64,000 nt of DNA from a virus (IMGVR_UViG_3300037808_001962:5257-69256); one strand, 5' to 3'. Positions 37,515 through 47,066 are shown, counted from the stretch's first letter. Notes: generated by a model from the letters alone, not told the origin. Translations and numbers: made by a program.

Positions 37515-39967
37515 TAATCATTGCCCCATCTATTTAAGAAAACTTCCGTATCAGCGATAACGGGAAAGTGGAAGGGTTTCTTATCTGATTCCATTATTTG
37601 TTTTAATTTAGCTAAAAGATGTTTTTCACTTTTATGAACCTCCAGAACAATAGCATCATGTACAGTGAACAAAAATCTAGATTTATAGCTTTGTAATAAC
37701 TTATGTACTTGAATTAAGGCTATCTGAGTTAGGTCTGAGGCGGTACCTTGAATAAGAGCATTTAAGCCTTGTCTCATAGCTTCTGCTTTCTTCTCCTCAT
37801 AGGGACTATCAATCTGAGGTAATCTCCTAATCCTACCAAAACAATTAACTAATTGTTTATCCTTAAGGATTTTTCGTCTTATTTGCTTAATGAATCTATC
37901 AATACCTTTGTATTTCGTAAAGAAACCTTGTCTAAATTTTTCCGCTTCTCTTAGACTAATACTAATTTCATCTCCCTGTAGTTTTTCAGCAATAGATTGA
38001 TGAGCCTTCCTTGCTGAAGCCCCGTATAGGTAACCAAAATTTACTAATTTTGCTACCTTTCTTTGTCTTTTACTAATATCTTCTGGAGGAGTTTTAAAAA
38101 TAAAAGAGGCAGTTCCTAAGTGGATATCCTCTCCCGCCATATATTGAGAGGTCATTTCTTTATCCTTAGAATAAAAAGCCATAACCCTTAATTCTGCTTG
38201 ACTAAAATCCATCTCAACAAAATTATACCCTTTCTCAGGTATAAACATCCCTTTAATCTTAGGATCTCTGGGGATATTTTGAATATTCGGATTTTTACTG
38301 GATATTCTACCTGTTACAGTCCCATGTAGTAAAAAAGAAGGATGAATTCTACTATTTTCATCAACTCTAGCTAACATAGGCTTTAAATAGGTAGTTAACA
38401 TCTTATTTAACCCCCTATACTCTAGAATTAGATCTATAATTTCCCTATTTTTTACTCGTTTAGGTATAGCCTTTAAAGCTCCTTCTGAAGTAGAGGGTTT
38501 ACCTGAAGCAGTCTTTAAAATAATAGGAAACTTCAATTGAGTAAATAGGATTTCCCCCATCTGTTTAGGGGAATTCAAGTTAAACTCTTTACCTGCTATT
38601 TTGTGGATTTGCGTTAATAATTGTTCAGCCCTTCCCCCATGTTCAATTATTAGATCCTCTATATAAGGTACATCAATTTTAGTTCCTAATAATTCTGATT
38701 CTATATATACCCTAGAAAGGGGCATATATAGATTAAAATATAGTTTTTTAAGTTTACCTTTTAATTCGGGTAATAAGATTTGAGAAAGCCTAAGAGTAGA
38801 CTCGCAATCCATAGCACAATATTCACCTAAAACCTTTAAGGGAACAGAAGCAAAACTTTTATCATCTAAGTCTTTAATGCTTAATTTTTCTCTTAAAAGA
38901 GCATCATAGTTTTTCATCTCGGGAAAATAAAACCCAGATAATTCTTTTAAACCGTGCTTTTTATTTTCATCTAAAATATAGTGTAAAAGCATAGTATCTA
39001 CATAAAAATTAGGAACATCAATATTCCAATGGTATTTAATAAATTTTACATCAAACTTCCCGTTGTGGGCTATTTTACGGGGCTTAGGGTCACTCATGAT
39101 ATTACTCAATAGCTCAATAACTCCGTCCTGGAATTCTCCCCAAAAAGGCTCCCTATCTCCTGAAGTTAATAAAGGTACATAATAAGCCTCCCCTTTTCTA
39201 GCACAAAACCCGATACCTAATATATCATCTTGATAAAACTGTAGCCCCGTAGTCTCAATATCGAAAGCAAAGGATTTAGCTTTTCGCATTTCAATCTCTA
39301 ATACCTCAATATCGTCTAATTCTTCAATAACATAATAATCACCTTGAGGGGTTTCAATCTGTTTTTTTCCATCAATTAGGTCTTTTAAAGCCTTTAGATC
39401 TCTTTCAAATTCTATTAAATATTGAGGGGACCTTAGAATATATGCAGGATGGAAAATTGGTATAACTTGACCATATTCTGTTTCTGCCATTACCCCTCTA
39501 TTTATGGTAATCCCCCCTTTTATCTTCATCCTGTTCATAGCTGTAGCCCCTAATGCACAAATATATTTAGGCTTTATTTGATCTATAATAGCCTCTAGAT
39601 TGTCCCCACAATTTTTAAGTTCAGTAGGAGTGGGTTTTCTATCTTTAGTCTTCCCTGTAATCGGATCGGTTGCTTCGGGCCTACAGTTAACTACATTAGC
39701 AATAGCAAAATTAGTAATGCCTATTTCATCTAATTTCTTTCTAAGTAATTTACCTGCTTTACCTTGAAAAGCTTTACCCGTAAGTTTTTCCTGTTTACCA
39801 GGAGCCTCACCCAAAAATAAAACTTCAGGTGATTCTAAGTTTCCCCAATAGTTATGAGGCTTATGGGCATAATCTCCAGCATATAGTGTACACCCTTTAC
39901 AATTACTTTGTGGTAAATTTAGTATAGTCTGCTCTTTTGTAGTCTTTTTCAAATTCAGTTCCTTCAA
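37514..39967 (-). CDS. polA: Family A DNA polymerase with N-terminal family-4 uracil-DNA glycosylase-like domain (SPO1-type)
   Basis: UDG4: CKGC, GEAPG, NCRP, FHPAY. Exonuclease: FDIETT, HNGKFD, YCAMD. Polymerase: DFSQAELR, RKVAKLVNFGYLYG, TVHDA. Confidence 0.95.
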   Translation of the reverse strand: MKELNLKKTTKEQTILNLPQSNCKGCTLYAGDYAHKPHNYWGNLESPEVLFLGEAPGKQEKLTGKAFQGKAGKLLRKKLDEIGITNFAIANVVNCRPEATDPITGKTKDRKPTPTELKNCGDNLEAIIDQIKPKYICALGATAMNRMKIKGGITINRGVMAETEYGQVIPIFHPAYILRSPQYLIEFERDLKALKDLIDGKKQIETPQGDYYVIEELDDIEVLEIEMRKAKSFAFDIETTGLQFYQDDILGIGFCARKGEAYYVPLLTSGDREPFWGEFQDGVIELLSNIMSDPKPRKIAHNGKFDVKFIKYHWNIDVPNFYVDTMLLHYILDENKKHGLKELSGFYFPEMKNYDALLREKLSIKDLDDKSFASVPLKVLGEYCAMDCESTLRLSQILLPELKGKLKKLYFNLYMPLSRVYIESELLGTKIDVPYIEDLIIEHGGRAEQLLTQIHKIAGKEFNLNSPKQMGEILFTQLKFPIILKTASGKPSTSEGALKAIPKRVKNREIIDLILEYRGLNKMLTTYLKPMLARVDENSRIHPSFLLHGTVTGRISSKNPNIQNIPRDPKIKGMFIPEKGYNFVEMDFSQAELRVMAFYSKDKEMTSQYMAGEDIHLGTASFIFKTPPEDISKRQRKVAKLVNFGYLYGASARKAHQSIAEKLQGDEISISLREAEKFRQGFFTKYKGIDRFIKQIRRKILKDKQLVNCFGRIRRLPQIDSPYEEKKAEAMRQGLNALIQGTASDLTQIALIQVHKLLQSYKSRFLFTVHDAIVLEVHKSEKHLLAKLKQIMESDKKPFHFPVIADTEVFLNRWGND

Positions 39968-40190
39968 AAATTTCTCTCTCTTTATAGAGTCGAAAAATAT
40001 CTTGTTTTAATAGATGGGCTTCATCTCTAATTTTTTTTAAATTCCTTTTAGACCTAATTCCCGCCCGTTTATTTCCCCTTTTATAGAATTTAAGTAAATC
40101 CTCTTTATTATTTTCAAGTTCCTCTAACCATTGGTCTATAGAGCCTCTGGCCTCCTCTAGGCTTGATTTTAGTTCTTCATAATTATACAT
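39903..40190 (-). CDS. Second Hc1/histone H1-like protein
   Basis: DLLKFYKRGNKRAGIRSKRNLKKIRDEAHLLKQDI. Confidence 0.7.
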   Translation of the reverse strand: MYNYEELKSSLEEARGSIDQWLEELENNKEDLLKFYKRGNKRAGIRSKRNLKKIRDEAHLLKQDIFRLYKEREIFEGTEFEKDYKRADYTKFTTK

Positions 40191-40617
40191 ATTTAATTTC
40201 CTTCATGGTTAAATTTATTTCTTTTATTAATTGAGTATAAGCTGTACTATCCGCTCCATAAAAATGCTTATAATAGATAGTTGTAACTCCCGCAGCAGCT
40301 AATACTTTATAACAATGAGTACAAGGACTATGGGTAATATATGCAATAATATTCTGATAGCTACGCTCAAGATTTAAAACCGCAGAAATTTCAGCATGTA
40401 AGGTTCTTTGACAATGCTTTCCTTCTACTAAACAACCAATATCCTCACAATGTGGGGTTCCACGGTGAGAGGAATTATACCCAGTGGCTATTATCTTCTT
40501 TTGGGAAACTAAAATACACCCTACTCGTAGTCGGGGGCAAGTACCCCTTTCGGAGGTTAACTCCGCTAAAGACATAAAGTAGGTATCCCTATTCAGTCGA
40601 GTTTTCAATTTCTGCAT
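40183..40617 (-). CDS. dCMP deaminase (ComEB-like)
   Basis: RGTC..VGC, ATGYN, HAE, THSPCTHC. Confidence 0.93.
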   Translation of the reverse strand: MQKLKTRLNRDTYFMSLAELTSERGTCPRLRVGCILVSQKKIIATGYNSSHRGTPHCEDIGCLVEGKHCQRTLHAEISAVLNLERSYQNIIAYITHSPCTHCYKVLAAAGVTTIYYKHFYGADSTAYTQLIKEINLTMKEIKYV

Positions 40618-40795
40618 AATTATCTTTAATTTCCTTTAAAGCTAATAATAAACTCTTATGAGTACCTGCTCTATCTAAAGGTATCTCCATTATATTGTTC
40701 AATATATTAATTAAGTAATCAACTTCTTTTTGATTACGGAACTTAAGAAGTTTTATAGTAACTATTTGATTCATTTTTGATCTTACTGGTTCCAT
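40589..40795 (-). CDS. Hypothetical protein
   Basis: 68 aa ORF filling the gap between primase and deaminase. Confidence 0.45.
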   Translation of the reverse strand: MEPVRSKMNQIVTIKLLKFRNQKEVDYLINILNNIMEIPLDRAGTHKSLLLALKEIKDNYAEIENSTE

Positions 40796-42431
40796 TTTTG
40801 ATTCTCATTTTTACTTTATTTATCTTTTTTACCCATTTCTCCATTTTATCTAAATACTTAATATCCCCGGTTTCTTTAAACTTATTTTTAAAAGTCTTTA
40901 CATCTTCCTTTAAAAAAGATAAATAGGTTTTAGTTAATAAATCATTAGAATATTTAGCTAAATCTTTTACATGCTCTAGGGTATAGAGCCGAGTAGCATA
41001 TTGAGGATTTTCAGCTAGTTGGGGGATAGTTCCTCGATTAGCTTCACTAATTTGAGCTACTAATTGTTTACCTAGTTTTTTAGTCAAATAGCTATCTAAT
41101 AATACACAGTCCTTATTATAAGCAGACAATAAAAGCAACTCTTCCTCTAAGGCTAAACTAATAGATTGAGCTGTAATTACTTCATTTGATAAAGGGGCAC
41201 TTTTAAACTCTTTCAACCAATGCTCTAAGTGGGGCTCATCAAACCCCGATAATTCACTTAACTCCCTCATTGCATAGCTTACTTTAACCTTATTAGAGTA
41301 AGAGGCTAATCGCCTAATAGCTCCCTCTACTCCTTCATGCTTAAAAGCAAATTGAACTAAAGAATTACTATATTTAGAATTTAGTTTGTCCCAATTAAAT
41401 CGGTGTTTGTATTTAGCACATTCGTCGGGATCTTTCCCCTCTAAATATATAATATTTAATTCTATCCCCCTTTGGGCTAATAGTTCTGCAATTCTTAATG
41501 AAGCCCCCACTCCCGCACTATCTCCATCACTAAAAATAGTAGCCCTATTAATTGATTTGCTTAGTAGGCCAGCGGTATTAGCATTAAAATAGCTCCCTGA
41601 TACTGCTACCGTATTAGTAATTCCTCGTTGGAAAAGTTGTAATACATCAAACTGGCCTTCTACTATTATTACCTCCTTAGCCTGAACAATAAATTTGCGA
41701 TTAAAGTTCCAACCATAGAGTAATTGCTGTTTTTTAAACCAATCTGAGTCTTTGCTGTTTAAGTATTTAGGTATCTTTTTAGCTATACCCAAGGTTCTAC
41801 CTGTAAATCCCATAATTTTATCTTGGCTATAGAAAGGGAAAATTATTCTATTCTTAAAAAAATCCCTAAAATGCCCTGCATCGGTTTTTAGAATTAGTCC
41901 CGCTTTTCTTAGAATATTCTTATTCAAGGTTTGATCGGCTAACCAGGTCCAAGAATTAGGACTATAACCTAATCCAAATCTTTTAGCGGTCTCTTGGGTA
42001 ATTCTTCTTTCTCTTAAATTTAGTCTAGCTTTTTCTGATACTTCATTCTTAGTAAATAGAGAATTCTGGTATAGGGTAGATACAATTTGGTTCATCTCAA
42101 ATACGGCTTCAAACCCCTTTTTTTCTTCTTGAGGGGCTAAATCAGGGCGACCTATTAATTTAGCTAATTTACTTAGGGCTTGTTGATAAGGTATATCCTC
42201 ATAATATTGTATAAAATTAGCGGCATTTCCTCCCTTTCCACATCCTGCTCCGAAACACTTAAATATCCCTAGACTCGGAGAAACAGAGAGAGAGGGGTCT
42301 GCATCTGTGTGGAAAGGACAAGGGGCTCTATAATTATCCCCCATTTTTTCTAGTACTAAGTACTTACTTATAATATCTACAATATCAATATGACCCAGTA
42401 TTTTTTTAGTTTTTTGACCTAAATTAATCAT
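40743..42431 (-). CDS. dnaG: DnaG-type DNA primase
   Basis: CPFH...CFGAGC zinc finger, RIIFP, GFTGR, PKYLNS, VEGQFD, DGDSAG, KDPD. Confidence 0.95.
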   Translation of the reverse strand: MINLGQKTKKILGHIDIVDIISKYLVLEKMGDNYRAPCPFHTDADPSLSVSPSLGIFKCFGAGCGKGGNAANFIQYYEDIPYQQALSKLAKLIGRPDLAPQEEKKGFEAVFEMNQIVSTLYQNSLFTKNEVSEKARLNLRERRITQETAKRFGLGYSPNSWTWLADQTLNKNILRKAGLILKTDAGHFRDFFKNRIIFPFYSQDKIMGFTGRTLGIAKKIPKYLNSKDSDWFKKQQLLYGWNFNRKFIVQAKEVIIVEGQFDVLQLFQRGITNTVAVSGSYFNANTAGLLSKSINRATIFSDGDSAGVGASLRIAELLAQRGIELNIIYLEGKDPDECAKYKHRFNWDKLNSKYSNSLVQFAFKHEGVEGAIRRLASYSNKVKVSYAMRELSELSGFDEPHLEHWLKEFKSAPLSNEVITAQSISLALEEELLLLSAYNKDCVLLDSYLTKKLGKQLVAQISEANRGTIPQLAENPQYATRLYTLEHVKDLAKYSNDLLTKTYLSFLKEDVKTFKNKFKETGDIKYLDKMEKWVKKINKVKMRIKNGTSKIKNESNSYYKTS

Positions 42432-43401
42432 GCTTATTCTGTTGTTTAATATAATAGCTAAGGGCGGTACTAATTTGAGGTACTATAGATTTCCCTACTT
42501 GGTCAAGTTGACCACTCTCGGTGCCAAAAAAAATAAAATAATCGGGAAAGCCCATAAGCCTAGCACATTCTCTAACATTTAAAACCCTAGACTCATAGGG
42601 ATGGACAAATCTAGAACAATGACTAGCTACTACCCCTGAGTGTTTATCCGGGTCTAGGCGTTTATTATTTTGAGTTCCATAATAAGAGTCTCCTATTTTT
42701 AAGCGTCTAAAGCCTTCAATCCTTTTTAAGCTGTGCTTAGGTTTTTTAGTGTTAGGCTTCCCCACTAGATTATTAAAAGCTTCCTTAATTTTAGACCCTA
42801 CTTTCCATCGCTCAAATAGGGATATATATGCGGACTCTTTTAAGGTTTTTAGATCAAATTGAGGTAAAAAATGTTTGCTACCAATTACAAATACTCTTTT
42901 CCTGCTCTGGGGTACTCCAAAATCCAAAGCATTTAATTTCACGGTTTGAATATTATAGTGCTCCATTACAAGGGCTACATCATTACTCCCAGAAAATCTT
43001 AAAGCATTACCTTCAAACCATAGGGTTTTTAAAACATTTGGTACATTTTCTAGAATAAAATTATCAGGCTTAGCCTCTAATACAAACTTGAGGAATATAA
43101 AGTAATCAAAAGCTTCAATATCCAACTTATGTAATTTCCCCCTATCTCTCCTTTTAGTACCTAAATTGCTAAATTGTTTACAATCAGGACTACCAATAAG
43201 GAGATTAGTATGGGCAGCGGGGGCATCAAAGACTGAAGAGTGATGGACAGCTCCAGGGAAATTATGATTAAAGGTTTCTATATTAAAAAAAGCCCTAGAT
43301 TCTATATTGAAGTCAACCTTATATCCTGCTCTTTTTGCTCCCAATAGGGCCCCGCCAATTCCCCCATAAAGAGCACCTACTGTAGGAGTTAATTTTTCCA
43401 T
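42424..43401 (-). CDS. DNA cytosine-C5 methyltransferase homolog with atypical motifs
   Basis: Motif I LYGGIGG, IV GSPDCKQFS, VI ENV, VIII QSRKRVF, IX RECARLMGFP, X QVGKSI (Lys where Asn is conserved). Confidence 0.9.
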   Translation of the reverse strand: MEKLTPTVGALYGGIGGALLGAKRAGYKVDFNIESRAFFNIETFNHNFPGAVHHSSVFDAPAAHTNLLIGSPDCKQFSNLGTKRRDRGKLHKLDIEAFDYFIFLKFVLEAKPDNFILENVPNVLKTLWFEGNALRFSGSNDVALVMEHYNIQTVKLNALDFGVPQSRKRVFVIGSKHFLPQFDLKTLKESAYISLFERWKVGSKIKEAFNNLVGKPNTKKPKHSLKRIEGFRRLKIGDSYYGTQNNKRLDPDKHSGVVASHCSRFVHPYESRVLNVRECARLMGFPDYFIFFGTESGQLDQVGKSIVPQISTALSYYIKQQNKHD

Positions 43402-44135
43402 TTTTTCATATCCTGTTTTAGCATTTCAATTTCATTATCAAAACAATGTAAAGAACCAATCCACATATTCAAATCCCCCATTTTAAAATAAATGTTAAGT
43501 TTAGCCCTAATCCATTGAGCTAATCGAACAGTCATATAAATATCATTTTTAAAATGTCTCCTAATATCACAACTTCTAATATGATAAGTAATATTAAGCT
43601 TATCTTCTCTTATTAAAAAATGATAACCAAGGGTGCAAGGTACTCTTTCTTTTCTATCTTTTTGATCTTCGGGATGCCAAACCGAGAAGTAGGCTTGACG
43701 AGTTAAAGGATTATCATTTAATCTATCTACTACATCAAGCAAATTACCATAATTATAGCGTATGCCTTTTAAACCGGGAGGAGGCCAGTATCGTTCCATA
43801 TAAGAATGGCTAAACTTAAGGTCCTCGCCTTTTTCTCTAAACCTTTTATCATCTATTTCAGCTTTATAATAAGGCCAGTTCTTGTATTCATTTCCGGGGT
43901 TTAAGGGCTTTCCTCCTACTCGCTCCTGGAAATGGTCCTCAGACCAGGGTAAGTCGGGCTGACACTGGAAGGCTAAGCTATTCACCTCTTCGGGCATAGG
44001 GGCCTTAAAGAATAAATTATTCACCTCATACATATATAAAGAAGTTTCTACCGATTGCCAACGACTATCTCTTATAGTTTTACCACTATAATATAAAATA
44101 TTTATTGCTTGAATTATTTTATCATTAATATTCAT
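43389..44135 (-). CDS. Thymidylate synthase-superfamily enzyme 1 (dCMP-type Asp)
   Basis: TRQA, WHPED, VPCTLGYHF, RSCDIRRHFKND, SLH. Confidence 0.85.
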   Translation of the reverse strand: MNINDKIIQAINILYYSGKTIRDSRWQSVETSLYMYEVNNLFFKAPMPEEVNSLAFQCQPDLPWSEDHFQERVGGKPLNPGNEYKNWPYYKAEIDDKRFREKGEDLKFSHSYMERYWPPPGLKGIRYNYGNLLDVVDRLNDNPLTRQAYFSVWHPEDQKDRKERVPCTLGYHFLIREDKLNITYHIRSCDIRRHFKNDIYMTVRLAQWIRAKLNIYFKMGDLNMWIGSLHCFDNEIEMLKQDMKKWKN

Positions 44136-44215
44136 TTAATGGTTACCTTATTTTGAACTAGAATACATAAAATAAGTAAGATTAATAATTTTACTGCCAT
44201 TATTAATAGGGTCAT
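44132..44215 (-). CDS. 27-aa hydrophobic micro-ORF
   Basis: MTLLIMAVKLLILLILCILVQNKVTIK; ATGA overlaps with both flanking genes. Confidence 0.45.
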   Translation of the reverse strand: MTLLIMAVKLLILLILCILVQNKVTIK

Positions 44216-44430
44216 TCCTTGTCCTTCATAAGCTCAATGGTTAAAAGTTGTGCCGACAAATATACCGCTAAATCAAGGGCCTCTTCTAGGGCCTCCTTAG
44301 CCCAAGCCCGAGGGTCGTCTGAAACCATATCCCCCCCATATTTTATACTACCCATTTCAAGCCTTTTAGTAATTAATTCAATTATTTTATTATTTAGACT
44401 AATCGGCTCTATTTCTACAAGGTTCTTCAT
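44212..44430 (-). CDS. Small all-alpha NTP pyrophosphatase-like (MazG superfamily) protein
   Basis: RLEMGSIKYG...EALEEALDLAVYL, an EExxD acidic helix. Confidence 0.6.
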   Translation of the reverse strand: MKNLVEIEPISLNNKIIELITKRLEMGSIKYGGDMVSDDPRAWAKEALEEALDLAVYLSAQLLTIELMKDKE

Positions 44431-44435
44431 TCTTT

Positions 44436-45200
44436 CTATTCCCCCTCTATTAACATATCTATATTTACCCCATCCTCCTCAAAAAGGAGAAGAGTACGAG
44501 TAACTACACGTTTAATCCATTGCATCTTCATATCTGCAGGATCTTTACCTTCAAAAGCCTTCTTCCAACGGACTAAACTTTCTTTGAATTCAGGGTTCCA
44601 AGAAGTAATCCCATATTTCCTTAGCATCATAGCAGCGGTAGGAGCTTGGTGCATATTGATAAAAGTGGAGGTTAAAAAAGTAGAAAACATTATACACTTA
44701 ACCCTTTCTTCTATAAAGCCCTCTAGCATTTCATATAATAAAACAAAGTCCATATAGGTTTTAGGCCATATCTCTGTACTCCTAAAAACAATTAAAGCTT
44801 CATAAGTAGTCATGGTAGCTTTCTGTATATAAAAGCTATCTAAGCACTTTAGCCTATCGGTCCTGTTAAAAGCGGGCTCTGAAAAACTAATCAATCCTCT
44901 AGCCTGACGAGGTTGTAAATTTCTAATAGTAGATTTTAAAAGAGTATGCTGTTTTTGAACTTTTTTAGAAAAATACCCCTCTCTCAATCTATTTAATTTA
45001 TATTCCCTATTATAGCCTGAATATTTAAAGAAATCTTTTTCCATAATATCTTGGTCAAAATGAATACCCTCAGTAAAGCCATATACTCTACGGGCAAACA
45101 TAGAGGGGTAATAGAAAGAGGACTGTTCTCCCGTAGCGGTATGGATCAGTAAATTAAACCAGAGCTCCGTTAGGTTTTTTCCTGTAACTTGAACAAACAT
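44436..45200 (-). CDS. Divergent thymidylate synthase-fold protein 2
   Basis: N-terminal VTGKNLTELWFNLL, LKCL (catalytic Cys position), FRSTEIWPKTYMD aligning to RSxD...N/D. Confidence 0.55.
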   Translation of the reverse strand: MFVQVTGKNLTELWFNLLIHTATGEQSSFYYPSMFARRVYGFTEGIHFDQDIMEKDFFKYSGYNREYKLNRLREGYFSKKVQKQHTLLKSTIRNLQPRQARGLISFSEPAFNRTDRLKCLDSFYIQKATMTTYEALIVFRSTEIWPKTYMDFVLLYEMLEGFIEERVKCIMFSTFLTSTFINMHQAPTAAMMLRKYGITSWNPEFKESLVRWKKAFEGKDPADMKMQWIKRVVTRTLLLFEEDGVNIDMLIEGE

Positions 45201-45202
45201 AA

Positions 45203-45781
45203 TTAAAAGGTGTAACCAAGCTTTTTAATATCAGGAGCGTAATATTCTTCAACCATCTTTATAGTTTCCTCATCATAATAATCTTTATACCCTTTTTTTT
45301 CTTTGTGTTTATTTAGGTAGGGCAAAGGGAAATATTCTAGTTTTAGCCTAAGTAGTACTTTTTTCCAGTCTTCCTCTAAATTTTCAAATCTATAGACGGT
45401 TTGTACATGATCAGACCAATCTGTTTGTAAATCAACACCCAGGCCTGATTCCTTCCACCATCGGTGCCTAGCCCTAACCATATCTGCGGGACAAGTAAAA
45501 GGCTTAAACCATTCAACCAATGAGGCGGGTAATCGGGGATCCGTTATACCGGCCTTTAATTGAAAAAACTGAGATACTTGCCAATCCCACGGATTCCTTA
45601 CAAAAGTAAAGCGCCAAAATTCACCATTGACTAGTCGGGGATGTATTAGAGGCGTAGAATGTACGGGGGGCTGGGGATGAAAAGCGGCATAAGGGGCCAA
45701 TCCAGAGGTAATACTTTTTCCTGCAGTATTTTGAATATGGAAAAAAATAAAGTCTATATTATTAACTCTACCAACAATCAT
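45203..45781 (-). CDS. Sulfotransferase family 2 protein
   Basis: FFHIQNTAGKS (5'-PSB variant), FTFVRNPWDWQVS (3'-PB), RFENLEED, YY..DIKKLGY. Confidence 0.82.
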   Translation of the reverse strand: MIVGRVNNIDFIFFHIQNTAGKSITSGLAPYAAFHPQPPVHSTPLIHPRLVNGEFWRFTFVRNPWDWQVSQFFQLKAGITDPRLPASLVEWFKPFTCPADMVRARHRWWKESGLGVDLQTDWSDHVQTVYRFENLEEDWKKVLLRLKLEYFPLPYLNKHKEKKGYKDYYDEETIKMVEEYYAPDIKKLGYTF

Positions 45782-46587
45782 TTAATTATTTCCTTTAATA
45801 AAGCTTTATAGCTCACTGCTTGTTTATAAAACCAGGCTTTTTCATCTTTAAAATTATCCAAAAACAGTAATTGATTTATGGCTAATTGGTGTGCATCCTT
45901 AATAGAGCCCGTAGCTTTAAACCAGCCCTTTCCCGCGGGATTGAACATTCGAAAGAAATAGGAGCCATTCTCTAGCCTTAATAGTTCATCAGTTGAATTA
46001 TAAGCCTTTAGTTTATTAAAAACCCCCGAATGGTGCTGGCCTAAGAGGTTAATATGTTGACTTTCTAAACTAAATCCATAAGTACCCCCCATAAATATAC
46101 CTCCCTCTTGTTTATTCTCAACTACTTTTCCACACTCTATATATTCTAATTGATTAGAAAGAGAGGAGGGAGTAGGAGACTGGTAATAAGTAGAAAAATC
46201 AGGGGCAATATATTGACAATCCCAACAAAGAGCCTTATGTTTTTTGACTAAAGCCTCTGCTCTAATGAGGGGGAAGAGGGCGGGATTTACCCAATCATCA
46301 TCATCGAATTGAACAATAAAACTATTTGATGGGTCATTACTTAGATCCTTAAGTAGGGGCCTATCCAACCAACTAATAATACCATCACAGTCCCAAGTTT
46401 CAATCCCTGTAAAAGAGATAGCAGTCATACGATGTCTAACCTCTTCCCAAGGGAGGGTAAAACAACTGCTCCAATCTTTCAATATCTTGTTAATAAACCT
46501 GTCTCTATTATAGACGGGCTCATCTGGGAAAGCATACATATTCCTGTAATATGCTCTAGTCCGATTAAAAACTACAAATATCCTCAT
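45778..46587 (-). CDS. Putative GT-A glycosyltransferase
   Basis: IVQFDDDDW motif; ATGA-coupled to the sulfotransferase. Confidence 0.5.
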   Translation of the reverse strand: MRIFVVFNRTRAYYRNMYAFPDEPVYNRDRFINKILKDWSSCFTLPWEEVRHRMTAISFTGIETWDCDGIISWLDRPLLKDLSNDPSNSFIVQFDDDDWVNPALFPLIRAEALVKKHKALCWDCQYIAPDFSTYYQSPTPSSLSNQLEYIECGKVVENKQEGGIFMGGTYGFSLESQHINLLGQHHSGVFNKLKAYNSTDELLRLENGSYFFRMFNPAGKGWFKATGSIKDAHQLAINQLLFLDNFKDEKAWFYKQAVSYKALLKEIIK

Positions 46588-46595
46588 ATTATGGA

Positions 46596-47066
46596 CTATC
46601 TAACCCCTGTTGAGCCGAATCCCGCTTCTCCTCGACTCGTACCAGATAATTCTTTGACCTCTATAGGCTGTCCCGCCCATATAGGGATAAGGAGTAATTG
46701 AGCTATCTTTTCTCCTTTAGGGATAATTACCTCAACGTCTGAATGATTGAATAGGTGTATGTGTATTTCTCCTCTATAACTAGAATCAATAACTTCAGCC
46801 CCTTTATCTAGCTTCATCCTAGTCGCTCTACCCGATTTATTAAAAACTAGTAAAGCATGCGTAGGGGGGAACTCACAAGCTAGCCCTAGTCCTGTTTTAG
46901 CATCGGACCTTTTACCAATTACTACCCTTTCAGTAGTGTAAACATCCATACCGGCATCCCCCTCGTGGGCTCTAGTGGGTATTTTTGCATCAATATGCAG
47001 TTTTTTAAAGCCCAGAAAAGTGTCTGAGACTTTAGCTTCAAGTTTTACTTCTTTTTTTAGCTCCAT
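46596..47066 (-). CDS. dut: Trimeric dUTPase
   Basis: DAGMD, KSG, VIDSSYRGEI, KIAQ, RGEAGFGSTG. Confidence 0.95.
   Translation of the reverse strand: MELKKEVKLEAKVSDTFLGFKKLHIDAKIPTRAHEGDAGMDVYTTERVVIGKRSDAKTGLGLACEFPPTHALLVFNKSGRATRMKLDKGAEVIDSSYRGEIHIHLFNHSDVEVIIPKGEKIAQLLLIPIWAGQPIEVKELSGTSRGEAGFGSTGVR

Noticed and set aside
43389-44135. Annotation as an ordinary thymidylate synthase (thyA)
   Set aside because: It has Asp rather than Asn at the specificity position and lacks typical ThyA folate-binding segments
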